A stretch of 63,479 nucleotides of DNA, filler included, from Octopus bimaculoides (taxonomy: Eukaryota), in assembly GCF_001194135.2 (NCBI RefSeq). It is 7 parts of 6 records of this genome, joined end to end, with 100 filler letters (N's around TTAATTAATTAA, not from the genome) between each part and the next. Parts side by side here need not be neighbours in the genome. Positions count along the whole stretch, not along the records: positions 1 to 15,616 come from NC_068985.1; positions 15,717 to 23,431 come from NC_068981.1; positions 23,532 to 29,891 come from NC_068996.1; 4 more parts are not named here. One strand, written 5' to 3'. Of this stretch, positions 14,047 through 27,929 are shown in pieces. The notes below the pieces were generated by a model. That model was not told the origin of the DNA and made no database searches. It saw nothing but the letters and a program-made list of their open reading frames with translations. Numbering within the stretch: position 1 is the first letter of the stretch; every line of letters starts with the position of its first letter. The position numbers and the translations under genes were made by a program.

Positions 14047-15438
14047 TTGTTGTTGAAATAACTATAGTTAAGTACTGAGGATCAGTCTAATTGAATCTAC
14101 TCTCCCACGCGAATGAATGGTGGTCTTGTACCAAAGATAAATTATTATTATTAATAATAATAACATTGATATTATTATTATTATTATTATTATTATTAGA
14201 TACAATAATTGGTCTCAGTTGGGTTTTTGAGATATTGTTTATTTATTTATTTATTTATGTATTTATTCTTGTTTGTTTTGTAGGAGGAAGCAATCTTAAT
14301 TACTATGAGAAGAGATTTGAAAGTTGAAATTTGAAGAAGATGCAGGAGGAGGAGGTAAAAATGATAAATATAAAGGAAAAATGAATAATCATCGAAGTTT
14401 TAAATTTAAATTAGGTATCTTGTGTCACGTGTAACAAATAAAAGCTATAAACAAGTAAAGAAAAAGAACAAACTCTAAAAATAATATAAAACTAAAGGAA
14501 AAAAACTAAAGGAAGCATTCAGAAGAGAAAAGAATGAAAAATACAACAAAATACCAAATTTATTACACCCCTCTTCTTCCCAACTCAGCTAATTCCTATT
14601 TATGAAAATCTTTGAAGGACATTTCCTACCCATGATTTTTAAAATTTAATTCTTCCGAACTAGCTAATTATTTTCCTATTGGCTAATGGAAAATAATAAA
14701 ATTCAATTTATGAAGAAAAGGTGAGGGCGTATGTGTGGTGGAAGTAGTGAGTCGGACGGTGTGCAAGAAGCCTAAACCATCATATGTAATGTATATGGTA
14801 GCAGTATCAGGCTTGTTGGTAACTGGAAATGGTAAAAAATAAATTACGGTCTAATTAATAAGAGTTTTTCACATTCACTAGACACAATACCAAGTGTTTA
14901 TACTTAAGAGCTCATTAAAACATTGTGTATATTTAGGAGACAAAAAGGTAGAAGTTGTTATCAGCAAAATTCCTTCCCCCATCTTTTAGTGCAAAATGAA
15001 CTGCGCTGGGCTGTTGTTTCAGATTTAATTAAATATCTTCAACACTTGACATCAACATAATGTGCAATGAATGATGATTGAAATACTATAATATTATAAT
15101 GCAATAAATTTTCTCTGCTATATGAGTTAAAAATCTTCATACGTACTGCAGTTAATTGATGTAAGCTACCAGTTACAAATAGATCTCTGACACACAATCA
15201 TTTGTATAATGGGGTCACTTACAATCTGTCCTTGAATATTGGAACCACTAAATGTCTGCTGTTTTATATTAAGATTTGAGATGAATGACGTCGTGGCAAC
15301 AGTTTTCTCACTAGTTCTTTGATGACAAAGGAGCGTTTTTGTAACAAAGTGCAAAGGGAGAATATCAGACAAGGTATTTTATGCAAATAACGACTTTACC
15401 GGTATCTCGCTCATATTAACATCGCCGGCATACATACA

Positions 15439-15530
<92 letters not shown>

Positions 15531-15573
15531 TGTGTGTGCGTGTGTGTGCGTGTGTATGTGTGTGTGTGTGTGT

Positions 15574-15610
<37 letters not shown>

Positions 15611-15616
15611 TATATA

Positions 15617-15716
15617 NNNNNNNNNNNNNNNNNNNNNNNNNNNNNNNNNNNNNNNNNNNNTTAATTAATTAANNNNNNNNNNNNNNNNNNNNNNNNNNNN
15701 NNNNNNNNNNNNNNNN
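15617..15716. other. Artificial 100-bp contig spacer N44-TTAATTAATTAA-N44
   Basis: Identical structure at six sites; the 12-mer has stops in all six frames. Confidence 0.97.
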
Positions 15717-17508
15717 TATATATATGCATGTATGTATATAACACAATTCAAGGAATAAAGAGAATAATGCATGTACAATTTTTGGGTTATTACATGTATT
15801 TATATATAGTTTATTTAAATTGAATCTGTGCGACATATGTTTCTGCTGCACGGATATCTCACTATGTGGTTTTCATTTGCCTTCAGTTTGTTCATCCGGT
15901 TTCAGCTTTATTCATAATGTTGCACCCCGTTGTGGTTTGAGGTTTCAAGCCACATTATAGCAAGATATCCATGTACTCGAAACGTAAATCGGATAAATTA
16001 AAATTAAATATACTGTATAACTAATTGTAAAGATATAAGAATGTATAGAATTATTATCATTCTTATGCATTGAAATGTCTTGGATATGCACTCTGTAAAC
16101 TATTTCAAATTCAAAGAAGCGAAATCAAGATTTACCCATCGGATGAAATACTTCTTGGCTGTTCCTTAGCATGCGATGTGATTATCCATAACTTGGATTA
16201 TAATAGAGTGCTGAAACGCTACCCTCCAATATTAAAGCATCCATTTGCCAAATGACTAAATCCTTCAACAATAAAATTCTTCATATTTTTGAAGTAAACA
16301 GACACTCGGTATAATTTTTTAAATCCTTCACAATCAACAAAATGTTTTCTCTCTCAAAAATGTTCCAATGATCTGAAAAAATGATAATTGTATAGAATAA
16401 GACTGCGTGAGTATGGAAGATTCATTGCTCTCCAGAAATTTACTCAGGGAGAACGAAGATTATGTTTCACTGTACATGAAAGCATTATAGAAAAACAAAT
16501 ACCAGAAGGTGCAGTCTACTTACCATTGCATAGGCCATAATGTAAGGGAGTGAAAGACCAATTCAGCCCAAGTAGGAAGATGCCTGAAATCTGTTCTGGC
16601 TCAAAGAACCTTTATCATACGTGGCAGGCTCTATGCTATGGTCGTCGTCAAATTCTTCACGGAGATCAAAGCAAGAAATCACTCACGATGAAGAATTATT
16701 TCCGGTGTCTTCTTATCGTGATCAACGCGTGGCGGAGGTGTATGTAGGAGATTAGCGGCCAGAAATAAATATTTATTGAAGTACTGGTCAGCGATAGGGA
16801 TAAAGATCTTGATCCAAACATATAAAGAGGACTTTGAAGCTATCATCTATCTCTGATATTTGAGAGATGGAATCCTTTTGTTGATAGTAGAGTGCCGAAA
16901 CTCAAGATATCACTTCTGTGGCGCTATCCACTCAACCAAGGACTTCCTGCTTGCAACAGAGGTCAATTGGAAGATCCGCTTCGACTGATGCCAACGTTAC
17001 AGCCTCAAAAAAAAAGAATAACAAAAACAGCAGTTACAACAGTAAAATCAGCAACACAAGTTGCAACAAACGAAAGCAATAGCAGCATCGGCAATACGAG
17101 CAGTAGCAGCGGCAGAAACAAGAGCAACAACAGCATCAACAATAACAGTAACAGCGAAAATAATAACAGAATCCCGCTAACAAAAACGACTGGAACAGAA
17201 CGCACGCACCACGAACCACCCCTGAAAGCGTCACCTACAGTACCACACAACCGCAAACGCTGAAACGCACAAGGCTATGGCTTTCTCTCCTCCAACACTA
17301 CAAAACGAAGGGGGCGAAGCGAAACTAAAAGAATAAAAGGCATTATATCTTCGAAATATCTCGGAAGTGTGAAGAAGCAGTAGTTCTCCTCTCAAATAGC
17401 CATTGACTGACATCTCCATGACCAAATGCCATTAGGAAAAACATAAACAACCAACCCTGCAACTACTTCATCAGCACAACCACCAAAAACCACCACCACC
17501 GCCACCAC

Positions 17509-17561
<53 letters not shown>

Positions 17562-17749
17562 GCAACAACAACAACCATAGCACACAGACAACTCGTATGT
17601 CTCGATTAGGGTAGGGCTACCGGAATTTTTCAGGTATCTGAAAATGTTTTTGGGAACGATACGCTATTTAATAATTATTGGTGACTGGATTGGCATCTTT
17701 GACACACAATGGGGTTGTGGAACTAGCCGAGAGAAAAAGAGATATAAAA

Positions 17750-19030
17750 TCTGTACAAATCTATTCAGATGTTTCCGGCTGAAAAATATTAATTGGATTA
17801 CCTGAATGTATCACAGTGGACATGGAATAAACGAATACAATCATCCAACTTATACATAAATAGGTCAGTAGACATGGATAATGATGAATGTACAGAATTT
17901 CAGCTGGTCGGTTCCTCAAAAAACCACAGCTTTGTGATCTGCATGGTTCATCTAGACAGAATTTGTGAACTAGAAGTTCAAAGCGCAGAATTTGGAACGT
18001 TAAAAACCTATAAACATGGGTATAGTAATTTGGGAGAGCGGCAACTGACAGGGACGGTTGTCGACAACCGGTGGTGGGGCGCTCTGAAGAGGGGGAATCA
18101 AGAAGAATCGGTAAGGTTTTGAAAAGATGTTTTAAAAACATCATCTCATATTTTTTTCTACTTGTAGAAAAAATATGAGATGATGTTTTAAATAGTAGAT
18201 TACAAGATCCGATTGAGAAAGAGATTGTGACCAACATGCTTGCGATGAGAATGACATTTAACGAAACTTGAAGGATGTTTATCAAAGCTAAAGCACGTGC
18301 TCTACGTCATGAGGAAACAAAACTTTTCAATGAGCAAAGGTGGTAAAAGTGCAACGTAGAAGGACGGTTCTAAGCAGAAATGTGCAGCTTTTCAAAAGTC
18401 TTTCGCTCAACTATTCGTATTGAAAGGTGAAACGAAGAAGGTGGTGGACTTTACTACTAACTTCAGTGATCTGACGTGATCCAGCGATATACACAGTGCT
18501 ATGGAAAGCTTATAACATCAGTCGACTTACTGCATGTAATAAATGATTCTGAAAGGCGTACATTGCTTGGCTTGGATTGTGAGAGGCGCATCTTAGTTGC
18601 CTTACAAGACTTACGCAAGTGTAAGAGACTTGTTCACCGACGTCTTGGTAGGCTCTACTGCAACTGGAAAATAATGGAATAATTCCCAGTTCTATTATGC
18701 GAAGGTTGGTGCTCTGAAGAAGGGCGTGAGCAAATAATTTCCGGCATATAACTCTGCAAGCACACGTTCATGTGGAGTTATGCCGAACTGCTGTTCTCAC
18801 ATGTAAGACTTATCCGACTAACAGCTGAGTCCATCCTGAAGATGTTCTCACCATCATGTTTGGACAGCTCAGTCAAGCAGTTTTTCTGTCTGGTGGGTAT
18901 GGGACACAGGTTGTGTGGACTGATTTCATGCAAAACATTTTTTCCATGGATCTTTTTTCTCTCTTCATTTTACTCTCCGAGAGATAAAAAGATTCTTTCA
19001 AAAGCAATAACTGAATCAAGAATAACATCT
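17750..19030 (+). mobile_element. Very decayed L1/Tx1-like LINE 3' portion
   Basis: ORF 18770-19033 WSYAELLFSHVRLIRLTAESILKMFSP resembles Tx1-type ORF2 C-termini as I recall them. Upstream WTWNKRIQSSNLYINRSV is weakly post-RT-like. Locally higher GC. Confidence 0.42.
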
Positions 19031-19320
19031 TGAATTGTAATTAAATTTTAATGCATAGACCACATCGATGCAATATAATTGGAAAGGATCCTCCTTCTCT
19101 CTTTCTATCCCTCCGTTCTTTGCTTTTCTTTCTCTTTCTCGATTGAGCCCTTTCTTTCTCCCCGTCTTAAAAAAAGAAGAAAATCATCCGCTCTTCGATT
19201 GATATAAAAGACGAGGAAACGTTGTGTTTTATTATCTTGGTTTTAATTTTTCTGGAAGTGTTCATTTAAACGAACGAAAGCGCTATTAAAGAATTATCCA
19301 AAATTCTGACTGCCACATTT

Positions 19321-19392
<72 letters not shown>

Positions 19393-20399
19393 CTTTCTGT
19401 GAGTGCCGGTAAAATAATGATCTAAAACCTTGTGTTTGAGAACCCTTGCTGTAGTGGACAAGATGCAAAGGATTGCAGACGGACTTTTCTTTCGGCCAAA
19501 TCCACATTAACTTCTTTACGTTTTACTGAGAAAGGAATGTGAAGGTGGAATGTGAAGGTTGAAAGATGGGTAAGAATTACAAAAGACAGCGGATAAAAGA
19601 CAGCAGTTGCTCTCGACGTCAGGGGCTATGAGGTCTTGTGTGGTATCCTTCATTGGCTTCATCCCCCAATTCCTGCTGAGGAATTTTAGTTTGTTTGGAA
19701 GCTCTATTACCGCTTAGGCATTCGTTGTAGTTCATTGTACTTCATTTTATCATACTTGTGGATACTTGCTGAAGTCTATGCTAATATGACTTTCGTAAGG
19801 AAGACTCCCATTGTAGTGCGAGATATTTTCTTTTTTATATATAAATACACACACACACATACACAGACACACACACACTCACACACAGACACACACACAC
19901 ACAGAGTTATATATATGTATGTATATATGTGTAGTGGGTGTACAAAAACCATATATGTATATCGGAAGGTGTAGAGAATGGAGTATGTAAACGCATTATA
20001 CATGTTTCCAACGGAAACTAAACGAAAGTTATGTATTAAGGTATTAAATATGTTCTTAGCCTTCCCCTTTTCCAGGTACTCAAACCTGAAAAAAGGGAGC
20101 TAAGCATAAGTGTAACAATTTGAGCTACATAACTTCCATTCGGTTATCCTTGGAAACATATGTAGTACGTTCTTATCTAATCCATTCCTTTCACCAATCT
20201 ATTTATACACGCATATTTAGCAACTTTTTCTATAGTGGCCGTCCTCTGAATCTCTAATTCGATATTGTACAATGTGCTCAACATACATTGAGTAATAAAC
20301 TTAATGAATATTATCTGCGTCTGTGCTTGAGATTAACGAAGTAGTTGTAACATGATGATTTTCGATCTCTGTACTTTATTATTAAGCATAGCTCTTTTA

Positions 20400-21428
20400 C
20401 TTTTTATTTGTTTCAGTCATTAGACCGCGCCCATGCTGGTTCATCGCCTGCAAAAATGTTTAGTCGAATGAATTCACCCCAATACTTAATTTTTAAAGCG
20501 TGGTACTTATTCAATCGTTGTTTTTTGCCGGACTGTTACGTTAGGGGAATGTAAACAGATCAATACCAGTTGTCGAGCGGTGGTTGGGGGATAAACGTAG
20601 ATACACACACATACACGCACGCTCACACACGCACACATGCACAAACGCATATACATATATATATGTATATATATATATATATANNNNNNNNNNNNNNNNN
20701 NNNNNNNNNNNNNNNNNNNNNNNNNNNNNNNNNNNNNNNNNNNNNNNNNNNNNNNNNNNNNNNNNNNNNNNNNNNNNNNNNNNNNNNNNNNNNNNNNNNN
20801 NNNNNNNNNNNNNNNNNNNNNNNNNNNNNNNNNNNNNNNNNNNNNNNNNNNNNNNNNNNNNNNNNNNNNNNNNNNNNNNNNNNNNNNNNNNNNNNNNNNN
20901 NNNNNNNNNNNNNNNNNNNNNNNNNNNNNNNNNNNNNNNNNNNNNNNNNNNNNNNNNNNNNNNNNNNNNNNNNNNNNNNNNNNNNNNNNNNNNNNNNNNN
21001 NNNNNNNNNNNNNNNNNNNNNNNNNNNNNNNNNNNNNNNNNNNNNNNNNNNNNNNNNNNNNNNNNNNNNNNNNNNNNNNNNNNNNNNNNNNNNNNNNNNN
21101 NNNNNNNNNNNNNNNNNNNNNNNNNNNNNNNNNNNNNNNNNNNNNNNNNNNNNNNNNNNNNNNNNNNNNNCTCACACACGCACACATGCACAAACGCATA
21201 TACATATATATATGTATATATATATATATATAAATATGTATATATACATATATATATGTATGTATGTATATATATGCACCGAGCTTTCCCTCTACCAAAT
21301 CTACTCACAAGGCTTTGGTCAACCCGAGGCTAAAACGTAAGACACTTATCCAAGGTGCTATACATTGGTACTGAACCAAGAACTATGTGGTTGGAAAGCA
21401 AGCTTCGTCCCACACTGCCATATCTATG
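20400..21428 (-). mobile_element. SINE family A copy split by an expanded microsatellite and an N gap
   Basis: 3' half at 20400-20595 and 5' half at 21276-21428, both reverse-complement matches to 5225-5650. Confidence 0.8.
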
Positions 21429-23394
21429 GCATATATATATATATATCAGTATATAAACGTGGTTGTGTATATATATTTGTTATGTGCGTGTACACTCATA
21501 CACACAAACGCACACGCACACACAAACACACTCACACATAAGCGCACACACGTTCAGACATGCAATTGTATTTAGACACATATCGCTAATACCAAATTGA
21601 ATAAATGCATCAAAAAATTCTGTGAGAAATGTCAAAAGAATATACCCGCTTCGTAGCATGCATTCATGCATGGCATGTAGTAGCACACGCGGAAATATGC
21701 TGAATAAATATAACAATAAGAAATATATTTCAAACATAAAATCTGCTTAACGAACTGAAAATATCTCTTTCGTTACTGAAACGTAACAATTCTTGCTAAA
21801 ATATGATATTAACTTATCATTCTAGCAACTTCTAAATCGATAGAGTTTCTAAATAATTTATGAGCCAAAATTCTTGCATTGGACTTTGGTATCTTTTCGT
21901 TTCGTTTTTATCCATTTATTTTATTTTATTTATTTAAAATATCATATGCAAGATGAATGAGTGAGTTGAGACGTACAGTGAGATAAAGAAATGTGCAGAT
22001 ATATACCTATAAATATTAAGGAAGATATCGATAAGGATATATGCGTATAGATGCGTAGACACACGCATAGAAATCTATACGTGCATGCACATGCATACAC
22101 ACACGAACAGACGCTCGTGCGCGCACACACTCGTTCTCGCACGTACACACTACTACACACATGTTCATAAATGCGTATATATAAAAGACACTGAAGTATA
22201 TGTCAATTTATAACAGAAAAGGAAAAAAGTTAACTGATATAGTTTATGTATTAAACTGAGAAAAAAAAAAATTTCATGAACGGAAAGAAATAGTTAATAT
22301 GGCTGATCACAGCCTTACGTATGTTATATCGTTCGTTATTTAGGTTTATATGGATATTGTAGTTGATGTTGTTGTTTAACCTCGATCAAAGACTTATGAT
22401 CAAAGAAAATCCAGCTGTGCGCCTCCCATCATTTTTCAAGCACAGTGCATCAAGAAATACGTTACACAACGTGTCTTCTTGCTTTTTTTTGTTCCTCTTT
22501 TAAGATGTTAGGCTGAATAAAGTGAGATATCTGTTTTCAGAAAATCGAATGCCAATGTGAAGGTTCTCTCGAGAAATTCACTCTTTATATTGCAAAAGAG
22601 TGATATCGTGGTCTAGTCACCGCTGTTGTTGTTGCTGTTGTTCTTCTTCTCATTTACCTATAGCTGGCTTTTAAATGAGCAAATACCTTTGTATATTATA
22701 TAATTTATCCTCTTTTAAGATGATGGGATATAATTAAAGTGAATTTGCTTCATATTTCTTGCACGTTGTGTTCATGTTGCTGTTAATACGAATAGCGTGT
22801 CCATATTCTTGTATACTATCATATAACAAACAAACTCTGTTTGTTATATGATCAGATTTTGTGTATGTATTCATGTTTGATATGTTCTTTAACCCCAGGT
22901 CAGCAATAATGGATCGGTTCTGTAATCAAAGACACTCTCGTCTCGACCAGACCGTATTTTTGTTTCTTCATAGACATACTGTATTTATACTGAATTATCT
23001 AACACAGTCTTCCTTTCTGATATAGATAAAATGATTTACGGGAAAAGTAGCTTCTAATATTTTAGACTGCTTCGGGAGCTCTACAGAAACCCGTCTTTGA
23101 TATATGCATGTCTGTTTATAAACAGTCCCTTTTATCTTGCAAGTATTGAAAAGTATAACAGATTTACTTCCTTTAGTTCAGTGGGAACAGTATTATAAGA
23201 ATAAAATAATAGTAAGACTTTAATACTATTTTCGTCGAATAAGGAATAAAGAATATGTTACACGATAGCAAAGCATTCTTGCTGATTCTGCAAGAATGCA
23301 TTGCAACGTGCGCAGACAAACGCTTTCAGTATCAGCTCTGCTCTTTCTCTCTCATATGCACATGTGTATACTACACATACGTATATATAAATAA

Positions 23395-23431
<37 letters not shown>

Positions 23432-23531
23432 NNNNNNNNNNNNNNNNNNNNNNNNNNNNNNNNNNNNNNNNNNNNTTAATTAATTAANNNNNNNNNNNNN
23501 NNNNNNNNNNNNNNNNNNNNNNNNNNNNNNN
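23432..23531. other. Artificial 100-bp contig spacer
   Basis: N44-TTAATTAATTAA-N44. Confidence 0.97.
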
Positions 23532-23725
23532 AAATCTCCGTTGCCTCCACAACCAGCCTGGTGGCCTTCCACCCACTGGCAATCTCCGTTGACCCCCACA
23601 ACCAGCCTGGTGGCCTTCCACCCACTGGCCATCTCCGTTGACCCCCACAACCAACCCGATGACCTTCCACCCACTGGCAATCTCCGTTGACCTCCACAAC
23701 CAACCCGGTGACCTTCCACCCACTG
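23532..23725. repeat. 49-bp minisatellite, at least 4 units, cut by a spacer gap
   Basis: Unit aatctccgttgacccccacaaccagcctggtggccttccacccactggc at 23532, 23581, 23630 and 23679. Confidence 0.95.
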
Positions 23726-24690
23726 CTCCTGTGATGTCCACTACAGAGGGTCTAACCAACAAACATTCAGTATCTCACCACAGTGGTATCGCACCTTGTT
23801 TGCCACCCATTGCTTACGCTGACCATATTTTATTCTCTTCCTTTCATTCGCCTCTTCAATACGGTCGAGTTAACTGATGGTGCATAGAAATAAATAAATT
23901 AAATAACTGTTTCCAGTATAATATTGTATGACATCAGGGTGACACCGCTAGTAGGAGAGGTTAGAAAGGTAAAGGAGAAGAATTAAATGTTGTAACTGAA
24001 TAAATCAAGAGAAGTTAACAAGAAGAGGTGAACATTTTTTAGAATTTTTCTTTTTAAGAAATCTCAAAAACCACTTTAAAAAAGAAAAATTGCTTATGGA
24101 AAAAAAAAATTTTTAAAGGCTTCATAAACTTCAAAATACCCTCGATGTAAATGTTTCTAGAAAATTTGACAAAATCTCAAACATTCTCAAAGATACCATA
24201 ACCATGTTACTTGAGATACACATTATGTTTCCAGTGAAATATTTACAATACAAATCGCAAATATGTTTAACTTGTATACCAAAGTCTTAATATTTACTGA
24301 CCATAAGCAGCTATGAGGTTTGTATCACCTCGTATATGGCAGATAGAGTGGTGTGTGATCTCCGATGAAGATTCCTAATTTGAGTCCAAGCCGGTTTTCG
24401 TTTTTCTACTTGCAGAGAAATAAATGCAACATTTGTTTACATGCGTCCGCTTGTATAACATTATATATCAAAGTAATGGTTTAAAACATGTTATAATTAC
24501 ATATTGCATAGTATACATTTCATATAGAAGGAAAAAAATCCGATAAACTTGCCACTGATACCTTGAGATATCTCAGTCAACAATTCCCTACTTGAATGGG
24601 CCATGATACCAAAAAACTTGACTTACAATAAACGATTTGATAAATGACCTCGCCCCAAGTCGTGGTCGAAACATATCTAAATTTATATAA

Positions 24691-25056
24691 CAGGCGTGGC
24701 TGTGTACTAAAAAGCTTACTTCCCAACAACATGGTTCTGGAGTCAGTTCCACTGCGTGGGACCTTGGGCAAGTGTCTTCTACTATAGTTTTGTGAGTGGA
24801 TTTGGTAGACGGATGCTGAAAGAAGCCCGTCGTCTATGTATGTGTGTGTGTGTGTGTGTCGTGTCGATGTTTGTCCCCCACCACCGCTTGATGTGTTTAC
24901 GCCCCCGTAACTTAGCGGTTCGGTAAAAGACGCCGATAGAATAAGTATCAGGCTTAAAAAGAAAATAAGTACTGGGGTCGATTAGTTCAATTAAGAATTC
25001 TTGAAGAAGACACCCCAACATGGCTGCAGTCAAATGACCGAAACAAGTAAAAGAAA
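24691..25056 (+). mobile_element. SINE family A copy
   Basis: caggcgtggctgtg...gaccttgggcaagtgtcttc...(TG)n...cagtcaaatgaccgaaacaagtaaaag. Confidence 0.85.
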
Positions 25057-25236
25057 GTTTTAATTCTTCAGTTTAATGTGAAATTGTTTTCGTTATAATT
25101 CGAGACATAAAAACAAACATTAACATGTGAGTGTGTGTGTATGTATGCATATGTGTGTATGTGTGTGTCTAATATAGACTACAGAGAAAATGGTATATCA
25201 ACTCATGCTAGATTCGGTTGCTACGTCTGGTCCTGC

Positions 25237-25278
<42 letters not shown>

Positions 25279-25450
25279 TAATGGTTTCAGATTTTGGCAC
25301 AGGGCCAGCAGTTTTTGAGAGGCGGATGAAGTGGATTACATCGACCTCACTGGTACTTGTTTAATCGACTTCGAAATGATGAAAGGCAATAATAATAATA
25401 ATAATAATAATAACAATAATAATAATAATAATAACAATGATAGTAATAAT

Positions 25451-25667
25451 CCTTTCTACTAAAGATACCAAGGTCTGAAATTTTGGGAGGAGGGGGTCTA
25501 GTCGATTATATATCGACCCCCAGTGTTTCACTGGTACTTAATTTATTGACCCCGAAAGGATGAAAGGTAAAGTCGATCTCGGCGGAATTTGAACTTAGAA
25601 CGTAGCGACTGACGAAATACAACTAAGTATTTCGCCCGGCGTGCTAACGATTCTTCCGGCTCGCCGC
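25451..25667 (-). mobile_element. SINE family B monomer with Y-type tail
   Basis: Reverse-complement match to the head, core and Y tail. Further family-B fragments at ~25280-25390 and ~25690-25730. Confidence 0.82.
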
Positions 25668-26670
25668 ATAGTTACTATAATAGTAATAATCGTTTCTTTA
25701 TTGGCCCCAAGGGCCGAACACAAAACAAATAGGGACACGTGGGGTTTAACGCAACAATCGAATAAATAATAAAATAAGACAATTAACAATACAATTAAAC
25801 AATAAAATNNNNNNNNNNNNNNNNNNNNNNNNNNNNNNNNNNNNNNNNNNNNNNNNNNNNNNNNNNNNNNNNNNNNNNNNNNNNNNNNNNNNNNNNNNNN
25901 NNNNNNNNNNNNNNNNNNNNNNNNNNNNNNNNNNNNNNNNNNNNNNNNNNNNNNNNNNNNNNNNNNNNNNNNNNNNNNNNNNNNNNNNNNNNNNNNNNNN
26001 NNNNNNNNNNNNNNNNNNNNNNNNNNNNNNNNNNNNNNNNNNNNNNNNNNNNNNNNNNNNNNNNNNNNNNNNNNNNNNNNNNNNNNNNNNNNNNNNNNNN
26101 NNNNNNNNNNNNNNNNNNNNNNNNNNNNNNNNNNNNNNNNNNNNNNNNNNNNNNNNNNNNNNNNNNNNNNNNNNNNNNNNNNNNNNNNNNNNNNNNNNNN
26201 NNNNNNNNNNNNNNNNNNNNNNNNNNNNNNNNNNNNNNNNNGTGAATATTTCGAAGGAAAAGCAGGCTCAGTTTACTATCTGATAATCAAAAAACGAGTA
26301 ATTCTGAGTACTGAAAATTGAATCTTTCCAATAATAATAATAATAATAATAAAAAATATTAAAAAAAAAAAAAAAAATAATGATGATGACGATGGTGATG
26401 GTGATGGTGATGGTGATGATGATGATGATTTTTTTAATTAACCACAAGGGTTTATACATTAAGAGAAACATTATGGACAGTACAGGACGAAACAAAGAAT
26501 TTGTGTATGAATATGTGTTGTGAGGGTTTTTGCGTGTAAACAAGACTAACAAAATAAAAATAAAAAAAGAAAGAAAAAAATCAACAATATGTAATCCCAA
26601 ATAGGGAGAAGACGTTCGAGGGCTGCTCATGGAAAAAACCCATAAAAAAATTATGATAATGATGATAATA

Positions 26671-26853
26671 ATGATTTCAAATTTTGCCACAAAGGCAGCA
26701 ATTTTGGAGGAGGAGATGAGTCGGTTACAACGACCCTAGTGTTCAACTGGTATTTATTTTATCGACCTCGAAAGAATGAAAGGCAAAGTCAACCTCGGCG
26801 GAATTTGAACTCAAATCGTAGCGACAGGAGAAATACCTTTAAGCATTTTTCGT
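26671..26853 (-). mobile_element. SINE family B monomer with Z-type tail
   Basis: atgatttcaaattttgccacaaaggcagcaatttt...gaaaggcaaagtcaacctcggcggaatttgaactc. Confidence 0.8.
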
Positions 26854-26859
26854 CAAATT

Positions 26860-26890
<31 letters not shown>

Positions 26891-27929
26891 CAACAATAAA
26901 AATAATAATATATATATATGTCGGTAATATGGCGGAGAACTGATGCAAAAAAATACAAAATGGTGTATATATGTTGTATCATGTATGGTTTGTTTCGAGC
27001 AGATGTCACATATATGTGGAATAAATATTTACACTTGTACGTCTACGTGTTTGTATGCATATTTTCCTCTTTGTGTACAATATCTGCTTTTGTGCACATT
27101 CTCTTTCTCATTTTAGTTTAAAATAAATTTTGACCGGCCACCTGCATGGTATGTGAATGTATGTACATATGTATGTGTATGTATACATGGATATATGCAT
27201 AGTACAAATTCTTAATAAGAGACCCGCTATTATTATGAATATGCCTATATTTCTGTGTAATTAGTGATAACAGTGGTAGTGGTTTAAGCTGTGGTGGTGG
27301 TGGTAGTGGTGGTGGTGGTAGTATATTTAATATAGCTGCTACTACAACACTTATTTCCACCATCAACACTGTACCTATTTTAATAGAAATAGTGACATAC
27401 TATTTGACGTAATGGCGGTTTTTTTTATCATATTGTTATAAAGACACACACACACAGACACACACACACACACACACACACACACATCTGTATAGACACT
27501 ATATGATATATCCATATACACAAGATTCGTACTAAATCCATCTTCCGTTTCCTTTATCAACTTTGTGTGTGTGTGTGTGTACATACATGCACAAATACAT
27601 GTACCATATACATATAACACTGTTGCCAATTCAACATTAAAAAAAAACTATCGATAACTATAAAGCACTAAAAATGCTCGAAATAATATTGAAAAAGTAT
27701 CAAAATTAAAAATGCACACAAGAAAATAATCACATAAATATGTATAAATGTCAAAAAATATATATTAAAAACTTCAGTTCTAATTAAAATAAAATAAACA
27801 TAACTATTTTAATTTTTATTCCATAATATTTCGAAGGTTTCTCGGACAAGTACTTTGAATGTTAACATGCCGCAGTTTTAAATGATTTAGGAGCATCTAC
27901 GGACCCAATTTTCTTTAACCGTTCTCCTG

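Noticed and set aside
16524-16583. Possible 60-bp minus-strand exon (x)IFLLGLNWSFTPLHYGLCN(G) with a G|gtaagt donor
   Set aside because: The acceptor lacks a pyrimidine tract (gagccagaacagatttcag), two frames are open, no family is recognisable and the surroundings look like decayed repeat. Worth a look only if RNA-seq supports the 6230-6277 candidate.
16892-17263. 123-aa Ser/Asn/Thr-rich ORF
   Set aside because: Derived from degenerate (CAA/CAG/AAC)n low-complexity DNA.
17761-18285. 174-aa minus-strand ORF as a host gene
   Set aside because: No recognisable domain or splice structure; it lies antisense to a probable Tx1 LINE remnant.
23273-23299. Perfect 10-bp stem hairpin gcattcttgc-tgattct-gcaagaatgc
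   Set aside because: About one such stem is expected by chance in a window this size; too short for a pre-miRNA.
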